A stretch of 64,000 bases of DNA, taken from contig BK006939.2 in assembly GCA_000146045.2 (NCBI GenBank), positions 320,001 through 384,000 on the forward strand. Direction: 5' to 3'. Shown here piece after piece: positions 33,237 to 44,588 of the stretch; the stretch's first letter is position 1; every line of letters begins with the position of its first letter. The position numbers were made by a program, and so were the translations under genes. Origin of the DNA: TPA_inf: Saccharomyces (Eukaryota). The notes under the pieces were generated by a model. It had not been told where the DNA came from. It saw nothing but the letters and a program-made list of their open reading frames with translations, and searched no databases.

Positions 33237-34135
33237 TAGATAAATACAAACTTCGTTTTCCTTTTATTTTGTTGTTTTTTTTTTCACAAACTGTGGAAGT
33301 TCGATTAACTTTAGAAGTTTGTTTGATCAAAAATAGACTGATCCTCACACCTTTCGTTACTATTTGTTACTTTGCTGTATATCGAATAAATAAACCTGAC
33401 TAAACTCCTTCTGTTATTTAGCGCAGATCCTATATGCTGCATTTTTAGATGTATTTGAGCACTACTATCGTTAATGCCGTGGCATTGGCTATGGACCAGT
33501 TAAGTCACGGCCTTTCTTAGTTCTATCATATACGACGTTATACTTATTTACTTTCCCAGCGTTGAAATTAATGTGTCTTTTTCATAATATTTACTTTTTG
33601 GTGCGGAAATCTGTAATATTTTAAAACAAAATCTCATCCTTTTGAAAAGAAACGATGAAGAAAAAAAATAATAACATACATTGTACCTTCACTAACACTT
33701 GTAAAACAAACGCTTACATTATAATGGCACAAATGAGCAATCAGTGTCACTTCTTCCTACATAAGCATAATTCAAGTATCGGGATATAAAGCTATTATAT
33801 ACCGCTTAAGATAAGAGGTATACACCTCATTGATCAAATACGCAACAGCGTCTCCTTTCAGACCTTTGTGGAGTAATTTCTGCGGGTAGGATTGACTATT
33901 TTTCAAGATCAATGCCCCCTCACACTAAGACCTGTTTGCTTAGCATCATAAATGAGTTTTTCCATAATTAAATTTCAACCATAGATTAGAATTTCGTTGC
34001 GGGATAAAACTCCAGAACCACAACGATTATGCAGCAAATGTAACCTTGAACTAAACTAAGATTTTGTTAGAGCAGGTGGTTTCCGTTACTCAGACAAGAA
34101 CCTATAGTAGAAATATAAAAGTTTAAGTAAAACTT

Positions 34136-34850
34136 TCTTGGAATAGGAATCAGCCATCATCTATCAACTAGTGTACTGATATTCATAATACTGGTATACA
34201 ATCATATACGGTGCGGGAAGATGACATAAAAAATTGAGAAACACTCATCAAATTTAATGGAGGCCGAAATGCAGGGACTCAGATCGTGATAGAATAATAA
34301 ACGAGAACATATAAAATGGAAGAAAAAAGAATAACAACAATATGTAGATTTATCGATTCTGTTGATAATTAGAGGTAAAAAAATAGTATTAATGAAGAAA
34401 TAATTACTGATCTTCTTATACTAAATAAGAGAGGTATATAAAACACACGCCGATTGGTCATATTAATCATGACCAATATAATAGTGATTCCGGTAGTTAC
34501 TATACATTGATGTGACGACTCATATTCCTCATATATGTACCTACCATAACATGTTCAACTAATAGGTGTTTAACACAGCTTCAGTATTGTCTGAGCTTCT
34601 CGTTTAACATTCCTTCTGCAATAGGCGCAATCACACTTAAACGTATACGAGGTGTACATTAATATACGATGTAAGCATTAGATTGTTACCATAGCAACTC
34701 ATGTCACTATTAATTACTCTCGTTCCAACAGATTCTCCTTTTATGGATTCCATATCTCGAGGAGACTTCTAGTATATTCTGTATACGCAATATTATAGCG
34801 TTTACGAACAATGAATCCCAACAATTATTTTAAAATTCACCAACATCTCA
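34136..34850 (+). mobile_element. Delta-like (Ty1/Ty2) solo LTR of about 340 bp, split by a 371-bp LTR insertion
   Basis: The 5' end tcttggaataggaatcag... resembles TGTTGGAATAGAAATCAAC. The 3' end ...ggattccatatctcgaggagacttctagtatat...caccaacatctca resembles the delta terminus. The two halves are 34136..34359 and 34731..34850. Confidence 0.6.
34360..34730. mobile_element. 371-bp LTR, most likely Ty4 tau, inserted into the delta with a 5-bp target-site duplication GATTC. Orientation is uncertain.
   Basis: Termini TGTTGATAAT...CGTTCCAACA, which read TGTTGGAACGAGAG on the other strand. The exact direct repeat gattc sits at 34355..34359 and 34731..34735. The length matches tau. Confidence 0.5.
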
Positions 34851-34917
34851 ATATGTGTTTTATGAATATTTTAGGTGGGTATTGTCATACTGACGTATTC
34901 CATTTTGAGATGCAACA
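34851..34917 (-). mobile_element. 67-bp 5' fragment of a Ty3 sigma LTR. Its end lies 16 bp upstream of the tRNA-Glu start.
   Basis: On the minus strand it reads TGTTGCATCTCAAAATGGAATACGTCAGTATGACAATAC...CATAAAACACATAT, matching the sigma 5' terminus. The -16 spacing is the canonical Ty3 integration position. Confidence 0.65.
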
Positions 34918-34933
34918 CATACGTGTATTGTAA

Positions 34934-35005
34934 TCCGATATAGTGTAACGGCTATCACATCACGCTTTCACCGTGGAGACCGGGGTTCGACTCCCCGTAT
35001 CGGAG
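34934..35005 (+). tRNA. tE(UUC): tRNA-Glu (UUC), 72 nt, no intron
   Basis: TCCGATATAGTGTAACGGCTATCACATCACGCTTTCACCGTGGAGACCGGGGTTCGACTCCCCGTATCGGAG shows a cloverleaf with anticodon TTC and A/B-box promoter elements. Confidence 0.95.
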
Positions 35006-35008
35006 TAC

Positions 35009-35014
35009 TTTTTT
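35009..35014 (+). terminator. RNA polymerase III terminator, a T6 run 4 nt after the tRNA 3' end
   Basis: tactttttttg immediately downstream of the tRNA. Confidence 0.6.
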
Positions 35015-35465
35015 GACATCATACAGTGTATGTATGGGGTTAGGAGCCACCTTCCAACAAAGCATCACGCTGTCGTATCTCAATTGTCCTTCAGCAAAAG
35101 AAAAAGCAGTTGGGCTCCTGTACGCCATATATACTTTATATGCGGTTTTTACCCCGGAAATCGCGTTTATTAATGTCAATGCGCGATTTCTATTATGGGT
35201 TGAAAAAGTTGCACTTCTGTTCCTTTCCAAACGATATACGCCCCCCCCACAAGAAAACGTTTCTCTTGCATTCAATAAGGTCCATCGAAGCTGTATTTGG
35301 AACTTCCGATTTTATTAAACTTCTAGGGGCGAACTCAACCTTTCGCTTGAACAAGCTTGAATGTGTCGAAAACCTTAGCTCGATCCTTAAAAAAGTATTT
35401 GCATTATCAGTAATAAACAGAAAATTAAAACATTTACCAAAGGCAACGAGTCTTCCATATGAAAA

Positions 35466-37730
35466 ATGATAAAAAGATGGTTATCTGTGAATAGGAAAAA
35501 GTCACACCCGGAGAAGAACACTCAAGGTAATGACGAAATTAATCGGAAAGCAACTAGCCTGAAGAAAACGAAAGGTTCTGGAGATCCCTCCATAGCGAAA
35601 TCACCAAGTGCTAAGAGTAGTACATCAAGCATACCTTCTAATCTTGCGAGCCATGAAAGAAGAAGCAAGTTTAGTAGTCAAACGGATAACCTTGCAGGAA
35701 ATAAACATTACCATGAGCATTACCATAATATGGCAAGTACTTCAGATGAAAGAGAGTACGATTCCTCGACTACATATGAAGATCGTGCGTTCGATACAGA
35801 GTCCTCCATACTATTTACTACTATTACAGATTTAATGCCATATGGGGATGGTTCCAATAAAGTGTTTGGTTATGAAAATTTTGGGAATACTTGCTACTGC
35901 AACTCCGTTCTACAATGCCTTTATAATATCCCCGAATTTAGGTGTAATGTGCTGCGATATCCTGAAAGAGTAGCCGCAGTAAACAGAATACGCAAAAGTG
36001 ATTTGAAGGGTTCAAAAATAAGGGTATTCACTAATGAAAGTTTTGAAACATCTACTAATAGCGGAAATTCTAATACGGGGTACCAAAGCAATGATAATGA
36101 AGATGCACATAACCACCACCACCTTCAGCAGAGTGATCAAGATAACTCCTCTTCTTCTACTCAAGAAAAACAGAATAATTTTGAAAGAAAAAGGAACTCG
36201 TTTATGGGTTTTGGAAAAGATAAATCGAACTATAAAGATTCTGCAAAGAAAGATGATAACAATGAGATGGAACGGCCTCAGCCTGTTCACACAGTTGTAA
36301 TGGCCTCTGATACATTAACAGAGAAGCTTCACGAAGGCTGTAAAAAAATTATTGTGGGAAGACCGCTTTTAAAGCAAAGCGATTCCTTATCAAAAGCTTC
36401 AACTACAGATTGTCAAGCAAATTCGCATTGCCAGTGTGATTCACAAGGCAGTAGGATTACATCAGTGGATGATGATGTCCTTGTTAACCCTGAGAGCTGT
36501 AACGATGCTGTCAACAATTCTAATAATAATAAAGAGAATACGTTTCCAACAAGTGAACAAAGAAAAAAAGCCGCTTTAATTAGAGGCCCCGTTCTTAACG
36601 TAGATCATTTACTTTATCCAACCGAGGAAGCTACACTTTACAATGGACTAAAAGATATATTTGAGTCTATTACTGAAAACTTGTCGCTAACCGGTATCGT
36701 TTCACCTACAGAGTTTGTCAAAATTTTAAAAAAAGAAAACGTCTTGTTCAACACTATGATGCAACAAGATGCCCATGAATTTTTAAACTTTTTATTAAAT
36801 GATTTCAGTGAATATATTCAACGCAATAATCCCAGAATGAGATTCGGACCACAAAAGACAGACAACAGCAACGACAACTTTATAACGGATTTATTCAAAG
36901 GTACACTGACGAATAGGATCAAATGTTTAACTTGTGACAATATCACCTCAAGGGACGAACCATTTTTAGACTTTCCAATAGAAGTACAGGGTGATGAAGA
37001 GACTGATATCCAGAAGATGTTAAAAAGCTATCATCAGCGTGAGATGTTGAACGGGGTTAACAAATTTTATTGTAACAAATGTTATGGTTTACAAGAAGCA
37101 GAACGTATGGTCGGACTGAAGCAACTGCCCCATATTCTGTCATTGCACCTAAAAAGATTCAAGTATTCAGAGGAGCAAAAGTCAAACATCAAACTTTTTA
37201 ACAAAATACTCTATCCACTAACTTTGGATGTTTCTTCCACTTTTAATACATCAGTATATAAAAAATATGAACTAAGCGGCGTCGTCATCCATATGGGGAG
37301 CGGTCCACAGCATGGTCATTACGTATGCATTTGCAGGAACGAAAAGTTTGGGTGGCTTTTGTATGATGACGAAACGGTGGAATCCATAAAAGAAGAAACT
37401 GTGTTACAATTCACAGGTCATCCAGGTGATCAAACTACAGCCTACGTTTTATTCTATAAAGAAACACAGGCTGATAAGACCGAAAATCAAAATGAAAATA
37501 TAGACACTTCTAGTCAAGATCAAATGCAGACTGACAATAACATTGAACAGTTAATAAAATGCGATGATTGGTTAAGGGATCGTAAATTGAGGGCAGCTGC
37601 AAATATTGAACGCAAAAAGACCTTGGGGAATATACCTGAAGTTAAGACTGCAGAAACCAAGACGCCATTAAATGATAAAAAACGCAATAAGCAAAAAAGA
37701 AAATCGAGAATATTGAGCTTCATCAAATAA
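35466..37730 (+). CDS. UBP9: Ubiquitin-specific protease of the USP/UBP family, 754 aa
   Basis: Cys box [14 protein letters not shown] and His box GHYVC, with Asn/Ser-rich insertions. Confidence 0.9.
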
Positions 37731-38104
37731 ATCGGGATTGTTTCGATACATCATATAGTTGAGACCCATCTGTTCTAAAAGTATCAATATTAGTGTACCA
37801 TTTTTTCTTCCTTTTTTAAATAATTTCCACGTTTCTTTCTATTGTTCCTGATCTTTCGAATTTAGTTGTATTTCACTTCACCTACTGTAATAACTTTTTT
37901 TTTTTAGAGCACAATAAAATTTCACATATTTTCCAAAAGCAAGGGCGGTAAATCAGAAAAGATTAAGCTTTAATGAAAATCTCATAGAGACCAGATGAAG
38001 AATATTGGTGGCAGCATAAGCGCTAATACTGAATAGATATACGCATTTTTTTTCAAAATATCTGTTAGTACATTTATACAAATATATTCGTTTATACCTC
38101 TTCT

Positions 38105-39061
38105 TTAAACAGGCGCATGTGTAAATAAATATGAGACTGATTCTCCATTATGCAATCTTCTGATAGCTTCTGCAATCGTAGGGCTGATATCCACCTGATC
38201 GACAATGTCCAAATCCAAATCAACAGGTACCGTGTTGGTGCAAACAATTCTTGATAACCTACTATTTATTAACTTCTCCCTAGCTGAGCCAGAAAATATA
38301 CCATGTGTGACAATAGCGATAACCTCCTTAGCACCGTGATCCATTAATGTGTCACAGGCTTTCACCAGCGTACCACACGTGTCAGCCATATCGTCAATCA
38401 ACAAGCATGACTTACCAGCAACATCACCGACAAGCAGCATTCGCGAAACTTCATTAGCTTTTTGCCTCTCCTTATGAATCAAGGCAAAATTCATATCCAG
38501 CTTGTCCGCTAAAGAAGCCACCCTTTTCGCACCACCAGCATCAGGCGATACCAGTATCGCATTATTGAAATCTGTTTTGGTCCTTATGTAATTCAACACA
38601 CTTGGTTCACCGTATAAATTATCAACCGGGATATGAAAAAACCCTTGAATTTGTGAAGCATGGAGATCCATAGTAATAACATGATCACAACCCGCAGTTT
38701 CCAAAAGATTGGCAATCAGCTTCGCAGTGATGGGCGCCCGCGATTTATCCTTCTTATCTTGTCTAGCATAAGGGAAATTTGGTATTACTGCCGTAATTCT
38801 TCTGACTGATGCCGTCTTACAAGCGTGAATTAAGATAAGTAATTCCATTAAGAAATCGTTGATTTCATGTTCCCCGTAACCAGTTTGGATGATATATACG
38901 TCTTCATCACGAATGCTTTCCCCTATTGTAACAGACGTCTCTTTATTTGAATACTGATATACCCCCACTTTAGATAACGGTACACCAAGCCTTTGGGAAA
39001 TAAGCTCAGCAAGCCCAGGATGTGAGTTACCAGCTAACAACTTAATACTGTTTGTAGACAT
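38105..39061 (-). CDS. PRS2: PRPP synthetase (ribose-phosphate pyrophosphokinase), 318 aa
   Basis: PRPP synthetase family. The start [25 protein letters not shown]... is 2 codons into the ORF-track ORF. Confidence 0.88.
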   Translation of the reverse strand: MSTNSIKLLAGNSHPGLAELISQRLGVPLSKVGVYQYSNKETSVTIGESIRDEDVYIIQTGYGEHEINDFLMELLILIHACKTASVRRITAVIPNFPYARQDKKDKSRAPITAKLIANLLETAGCDHVITMDLHASQIQGFFHIPVDNLYGEPSVLNYIRTKTDFNNAILVSPDAGGAKRVASLADKLDMNFALIHKERQKANEVSRMLLVGDVAGKSCLLIDDMADTCGTLVKACDTLMDHGAKEVIAIVTHGIFSGSAREKLINSRLSRIVCTNTVPVDLDLDIVDQVDISPTIAEAIRRLHNGESVSYLFTHAPV

Positions 39062-39561
39062 ATTCAACGAAACTTACGACAAGATAGTCTTTGGATGATG
39101 AGGAATATCCTCTTCTTAGCAATCCCTCGATGCCTCCTCATATCATCTATTGTTCAAAATTTTTTCATTGTTGAAAAATAGTCACGTGCTTAACCATTTT
39201 GCTGCGCGATTTGGTAGGAGGATAAATACACGGGCATACCGTATCTGTTCAATAGCAACAATGTCGGAGAGAGCTAAACTAGCCAACTCGCCATCCTATT
39301 CCACTGGTCGCTTGAGTCGATATCCTTCCACAGCAATATTGCACTTTACAATTAGGATAGCCTCCCCAATAAAATAAGGAAATTTTGGTTATTTGTGTTC
39401 AGAAAAAGCCGAAATCGATTGCAGAGAACAGAAAGGAACTTTCCGATTATCACACTTTAGGAGCCGTGATAAAGAAGACTACCATCGCATATCGCAGAAA
39501 AGACTTTAAATATTAACTAAAACCGCATTCGCAAATTGCAAACAAAGTACGTACAATAGTA

Positions 39562-40314
39562 ATGGCTACAAAGCAGGCTCACAAGAGATTGACGAAAGAG
39601 TACAAGTTGATGGTGGAAAACCCTCCACCATATATTCTTGCTCGCCCCAACGAAGATAATATTTTAGAGTGGCACTATATTATCACAGGACCTGCGGATA
39701 CTCCTTACAAGGGCGGTCAATATCACGGTACTTTAACTTTCCCGTCTGATTATCCATACAAACCACCGGCTATCAGAATGATAACACCGAATGGACGTTT
39801 CAAGCCCAACACACGATTATGCCTTTCTATGAGTGATTACCACCCTGATACTTGGAATCCTGGCTGGTCTGTCTCAACCATTTTGAACGGGTTACTAAGT
39901 TTCATGACCAGTGATGAAGCCACGACAGGATCAATTACAACATCAGACCATCAGAAGAAGACATTAGCAAGAAATTCCATAAGTTATAACACTTTTCAAA
40001 ATGTTAGATTCAAATTGATTTTTCCGGAAGTTGTACAGGAAAATGTAGAGACATTAGAAAAGAGAAAATTGGATGAGGGGGATGCGGCAAATACAGGTGA
40101 TGAAACAGAAGACCCTTTTACAAAGGCTGCGAAGGAAAAAGTCATCTCGTTGGAGGAAATTCTAGACCCTGAAGACAGAATACGCGCTGAACAAGCGTTG
40201 AGACAATCAGAAAATAATTCCAAGAAAGATGGCAAAGAACCTAATGATAGTTCTTCAATGGTTTATATTGGTATCGCTATTTTTTTGTTTTTGGTTGGCC
40301 TTTTTATGAAATGA
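39562..40314 (+). CDS. UBC6: ER-membrane tail-anchored ubiquitin-conjugating enzyme (E2), 250 aa
   Basis: UBC fold with active-site Cys (RLCLSMSDYHPDTWNP) and a C-terminal TM helix IGIAIFLFLVGLF. Confidence 0.92.
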   Translation: MATKQAHKRLTKEYKLMVENPPPYILARPNEDNILEWHYIITGPADTPYKGGQYHGTLTFPSDYPYKPPAIRMITPNGRFKPNTRLCLSMSDYHPDTWNPGWSVSTILNGLLSFMTSDEATTGSITTSDHQKKTLARNSISYNTFQNVRFKLIFPEVVQENVETLEKRKLDEGDAANTGDETEDPFTKAAKEKVISLEEILDPEDRIRAEQALRQSENNSKKDGKEPNDSSSMVYIGIAIFLFLVGLFMK

Positions 40315-40501
40315 AGCCATTAAATGAACTAAACTTTAGATAAATTTTGACAACACAGAATAGAAATCAATAGTATTATATAGACAAAACGGATCTTTTT
40401 ATTATGAACATTGTGAATTATTAATTATATTTTTGAGTATGTATTGACCAAGAAACCTCAATAAAAATGAGGTGAAACCTAGGGAGACAGAAACTCCCAT
40501 T

Positions 40502-41794
40502 TCAAAAACCTTCAACTTTCATTATAAGCTTACCTTGAGCACGTTGTGTAGCCATATAGGAAAATGCTTCCTTGAAATTTTTCCAGGAATAAACCTTATC
40601 AACAACGCAATCTACGACTCCCTCATTTAGCAGCTTGCCGCATTCATGTATCCAATCATTCTTCTTGGGGATAATCTTGATATTGGGGTCAAAGTAAAAA
40701 TGAGAATAATCGTATGACCATAACATTGATCCAAACATTTTTCTTGCATTGGCGCTAGGGTTATCCCAAGAATCAAAGACGTCTTTCTTATAATTTCCAA
40801 CATAATCACCAACTGTTGTAATATAAGCACCTTTAGCGTGAATTAAAGAACTCGAGTGACTCAAGATATCATAACCACCGATGAAGTCCAACACGACATT
40901 AAATTTACCCTGAGTATAATCTTCGGTTTCTTTGAGAGTATTAAAATCATCATAATCTACAACTTTACCGGTATCCAACATACGTCTGAGTGGTTTACTA
41001 GATTTTCCCCTACATGACAGATAATTTATGAAAATGATTTCATCTTTCAAATCCGGGAAATGTTCTGACAGGACTGCTGCACCATTACCTGACGTTACCA
41101 CTACTAGCTTTTTAGAAACTTTATAGTAACGCTTCAATAACTGGATAGCAAACATCCCTACAGAGCTTGTACCACCGTTTATTAAAACATTAGATTCTGT
41201 ATTCAATTGATCCTTCTCCTTTAGTTGAGCTAACAGATTAAGTGCTGTTCCTAAACAGAATAAGGAGCCTGCTGCCTTTTCTGGTGATAGAGTATTTTTG
41301 GGTCGCATTAAAATAGGATCGACACGCGGATCAATGAGCAACGAACTTTGCAGGGCGCCAATGGCTAACTTGGGATGATAGTAAATGCCGTACACATCGT
41401 CACCCACGTTCCATCTATTTGTCAAATTATCACCGACATGTGTTATCACTCCGCTGTATTCTCTTCCAATGCCGGCTTCACCATAAATAGGCTTGGTGTA
41501 ACCATTCCTAATCTTCATATCAACAGGGTTCAAACCTACATAGTTCACTTGAACTACCAGTTTGTTTTTACTTATGGGCAACTTAATTTTGTTCTCATAT
41601 GAAAAAGTAATGGGACCGTGTTTAGAATGAAAAACTAATGACTTAACGGGAATATGTCTTACATGTCTTAACGGTCTGGCGACTCTAGTCAGCGTAGGTT
41701 CATCCACGGGGATTGGCTTCGGCGCTGAAACTTCATGGTCCACTGTCATCGCTTCTAGTTTAGGGTCTTTATTTTCCAAGATTTTCTCTGCCAT
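40502..41794 (-). CDS. AST2: AST2, a protein of the zinc-binding/quinone oxidoreductase-like MDR family, 430 aa
   Basis: MDR alcohol-dehydrogenase-like fold, assigned by family and position. Confidence 0.8.
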   Translation of the reverse strand: MAEKILENKDPKLEAMTVDHEVSAPKPIPVDEPTLTRVARPLRHVRHIPVKSLVFHSKHGPITFSYENKIKLPISKNKLVVQVNYVGLNPVDMKIRNGYTKPIYGEAGIGREYSGVITHVGDNLTNRWNVGDDVYGIYYHPKLAIGALQSSLLIDPRVDPILMRPKNTLSPEKAAGSLFCLGTALNLLAQLKEKDQLNTESNVLINGGTSSVGMFAIQLLKRYYKVSKKLVVVTSGNGAAVLSEHFPDLKDEIIFINYLSCRGKSSKPLRRMLDTGKVVDYDDFNTLKETEDYTQGKFNVVLDFIGGYDILSHSSSLIHAKGAYITTVGDYVGNYKKDVFDSWDNPSANARKMFGSMLWSYDYSHFYFDPNIKIIPKKNDWIHECGKLLNEGVVDCVVDKVYSWKNFKEAFSYMATQRAQGKLIMKVEGF

Positions 41795-43099
41795 CTTTCT
41801 ATGCTAGTTTAACTTTCTTTTGATTGTTACGTCTTTACTTCCTGCGTAATGTACCCTTCAACTTAAGTATAATCGTGCATCCCTTCCTTTATACTTCTCT
41901 TTGTGTATAGCTGGGGCGATGTCTGAAAATCATAAAATAGGATGAATAATGGCGATAGAAGGTTTTACAATCAAGGTCAACTGGACGCAAGAAAAGGCTA
42001 AGTTAAGGTAGGTCTTCGACTTGACAACAAAACTTCCCCCTTAAGAGAAACTGAACTTGACCTACAGAGAAATTCGAATACGGATATTATTGGTTCTCCC
42101 CTCGTTGTGAGTAATTCCATTTCAAGCAGTAAATTCATGGACTTGTATCGCCTTGAGCAATGTACTCAATAAAAAGAGTTAGGCTGAGTGAATCCTTAAT
42201 GTACATAATCTATGCACCGCTTAAAAGTTTACTTGAAGCCTGTCGTTTATCTTTAGCTACCGACTTCTGGGCATAATAACCAAAGTCATATTTTATCGTC
42301 ATTAGAGTGAAAGTTTTTACTGCGAAACATCTTGACATCCAAGAAATTTAAACCCATACAATATATTTCAATATTTTTGTCTATTACTAAAAGTTCGCGG
42401 AGCACAATCGGTCGACAATTCGCCCGAACAGAGATTCTGCCTGATACCGACTTGCCCAGCCCAAGTGGGCAGAGAGGAAGGAGAAATTTCTCGGGTAGAG
42501 GGGAGGGACAGTCCGCCTAACTTCCTTACGAACGGGCATTGCTTTAGGCAGGAAAGGGTCCTGCTTCAGCGTGGACATTGAAACTTCCATTCTGCGGGAC
42601 GAGCTTGCCAGCATTCCAATGCCCATCGTATTGTACTCAATGGTGAAACTTACCACCATATTGTTAAAAGCTATTATTTATGATTTTTACTTACCAAACA
42701 TTGAAAGGAGACTGAACACACCACGATAAAACGTATGTTCTGATACCCAGCAAATGAGAAAGTAGAAGGAGAAACCTAAAAACCTGTGGCGGTCAAGACT
42801 GCTAGCAAGATGGATATTTAGATCATAAATTCTAACGCATGCATCCTGAGCAATGAAATCATGCAACCTAACATTTGAGGTTAATATATGAGAATTAACT
42901 AGCGTTGAGGAGGTACTGCAATTTAAAAGACCGAAGAATTATCGATGCAAGGAAAAATGGGTCTAGGATGAATACGAGCAATTGAAATACATTTGGAATA
43001 CCTTGTGAAAATATCACATACTTTCGCCTTCTATCTCGATGCGTTATTACAAGAAAATAGTTTTACTAACAAATTAACAAAAATTAAAATAGTGTAAAA

Positions 43100-43702
43100 A
43101 TGGGTATTTCTCGTGATTCTCGTCACAAAAGATCAGCCACTGGTGCTAAACGTGCTCAATTCAGAAAGAAGAGAAAGTTCGAATTAGGTCGTCAACCAGC
43201 CAACACAAAAATTGGTGCTAAGAGAATCCACTCTGTCAGAACTAGAGGTGGTAACAAGAAATACAGAGCTCTAAGAATTGAAACCGGTAACTTTTCTTGG
43301 GCTTCTGAAGGTATCTCCAAGAAGACCAGAATTGCTGGTGTTGTTTACCATCCATCCAACAATGAATTGGTTAGAACTAACACTTTGACCAAGGCTGCCA
43401 TTGTCCAAATTGATGCTACTCCATTCAGACAATGGTTCGAAGCTCACTACGGTCAAACCTTGGGTAAGAAGAAGAACGTCAAGGAAGAAGAAACTGTTGC
43501 CAAGAGCAAGAACGCTGAAAGAAAGTGGGCTGCTAGAGCTGCTTCTGCCAAGATCGAATCTTCCGTTGAATCTCAATTCAGCGCCGGTAGATTATACGCT
43601 TGTATCTCTTCCAGACCAGGTCAATCCGGTAGATGTGATGGTTACATCTTGGAAGGTGAAGAATTAGCTTTCTACCTAAGAAGATTGACTGCTAAGAAAT
43701 AG
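43100..43702 (+). CDS. RPS8B: Ribosomal protein S8 (eS8), 200 aa
   Basis: Recognised RPS8 sequence with high codon bias. The B copy is assigned from the neighbouring genes. Confidence 0.95.
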
Positions 43703-44335
43703 AGATAATAAGATAATATTTTATTACACTACATGTACAATTTTACTTTTACTTTGTGTTGTCTCTATCTGCTTTCTTATTTTTAATATTTACCATTCCA
43801 TTTATAATTTGTAAAACAATTAACATAAAAGTTTTTTAAACTCTAGACCAGCAACATATCTTCAAATATCAGTTGATAAGGTAAAGTATGTTGATAGCAT
43901 TCTACCGTCACACTTATCTAGCAGATCTTTGTTAGGTAGATCTGCTAATATATTTTACGTAAGATTCGTTGTATGTGCGGGAAAATTTGTATCTGTTGTG
44001 GTAGTCACTCACCCTTTCTATGTATTAAAAACTGATACCTTCCATACTAGAAAAGACATTCAGTTGAATCCTTCTCCAAATCAAGGATACTATTGTCACT
44101 TCTCCATTGAGATTCGAAAAACCCCTCGGGTCTTGTTAGAACTAAATTACGTTCATAGGGGTGGGATTTATATTGTAATTCCGCGAGGTTTACACGAAAG
44201 ATATCTCAACTCTAGCCGCACATCCATTCCGGTATGTACTCTCCCACCATTGGGTATTATAGAATGTAATAGGTTTCAAAGCGGATATCTTTTGCCCGGT
44301 GAGTTGTTACTTTTTCATTCGAGCAATGAAGTACA

Positions 44336-44363
44336 TTCTAGAAGTTCCTAGAACCTTATGGAA
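44336..44363 (+). promoter_or_regulatory. Heat-shock element of six contiguous alternating nGAAn/nTTCn units (TTCtaGAAgtTCCtaGAAccTTAtgGAA), about 230 bp upstream of SSA4
   Basis: Perfect 5-bp phasing of alternating GAA/TTC units. An AGGGG stress-response (STRE) motif lies 50 bp downstream at 44410..44414. Confidence 0.7.
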
Positions 44364-44588
44364 GCACCAAGAAAAAAGGAAGTTAAACAAAACACTGATT
44401 CAATAAGCAAGGGGGGAAGCTCCTTAGTTTGACGACAGTAACAAAATGTTCGTATAAATTGAACGAAACTCAAGCCAATAAAGGACTTTTCAGAGGCCTA
44501 TCTCTTCTTTCTCCACAACTTTCGAATAAAAACCACTAATAAAAAGTAAATAACAAAAACAAGAAAAAAAATAAACAAAACAATAATC

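Noticed and set aside
33240-34135. Possible additional degenerate LTR or internal Ty sequence between SHC1 and the delta LTR
   Set aside because: I could not identify LTR termini (TGTTG...CAACA), a primer-binding site or a polypurine tract. It is left as unannotated intergenic DNA.
33240-34930. An ARS consensus sequence near the tRNA/LTR cluster and elsewhere
   Set aside because: I could not find a confident 11/11 WTTTAYRTTTW match by eye. A computational scan is needed before calling origins.
34955-35469. ORFs of 66 to 119 aa overlapping the tRNA-Glu gene and its downstream region (34955..35275 minus, 34973..35173 plus, 35013..35318 plus, 35110..35469 plus)
   Set aside because: They overlap a tRNA gene and LTR-flanking DNA, have no similarity to known proteins, and are typical dubious ORFs next to Pol III genes.
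39183-39188. A CACGTG E-box in the PRS2/UBC6 divergent promoter as a Pho4 or Cbf1 site
   Set aside because: It is a single hexamer with no supporting context, so it could occur by chance.
42353-42361. A Rap1 site for RPS8B
   Set aside because: Only a partial match (AAACCCATACAAT), located about 740 bp upstream, which is unusually far. It is mentioned in a finding but not called as a feature.
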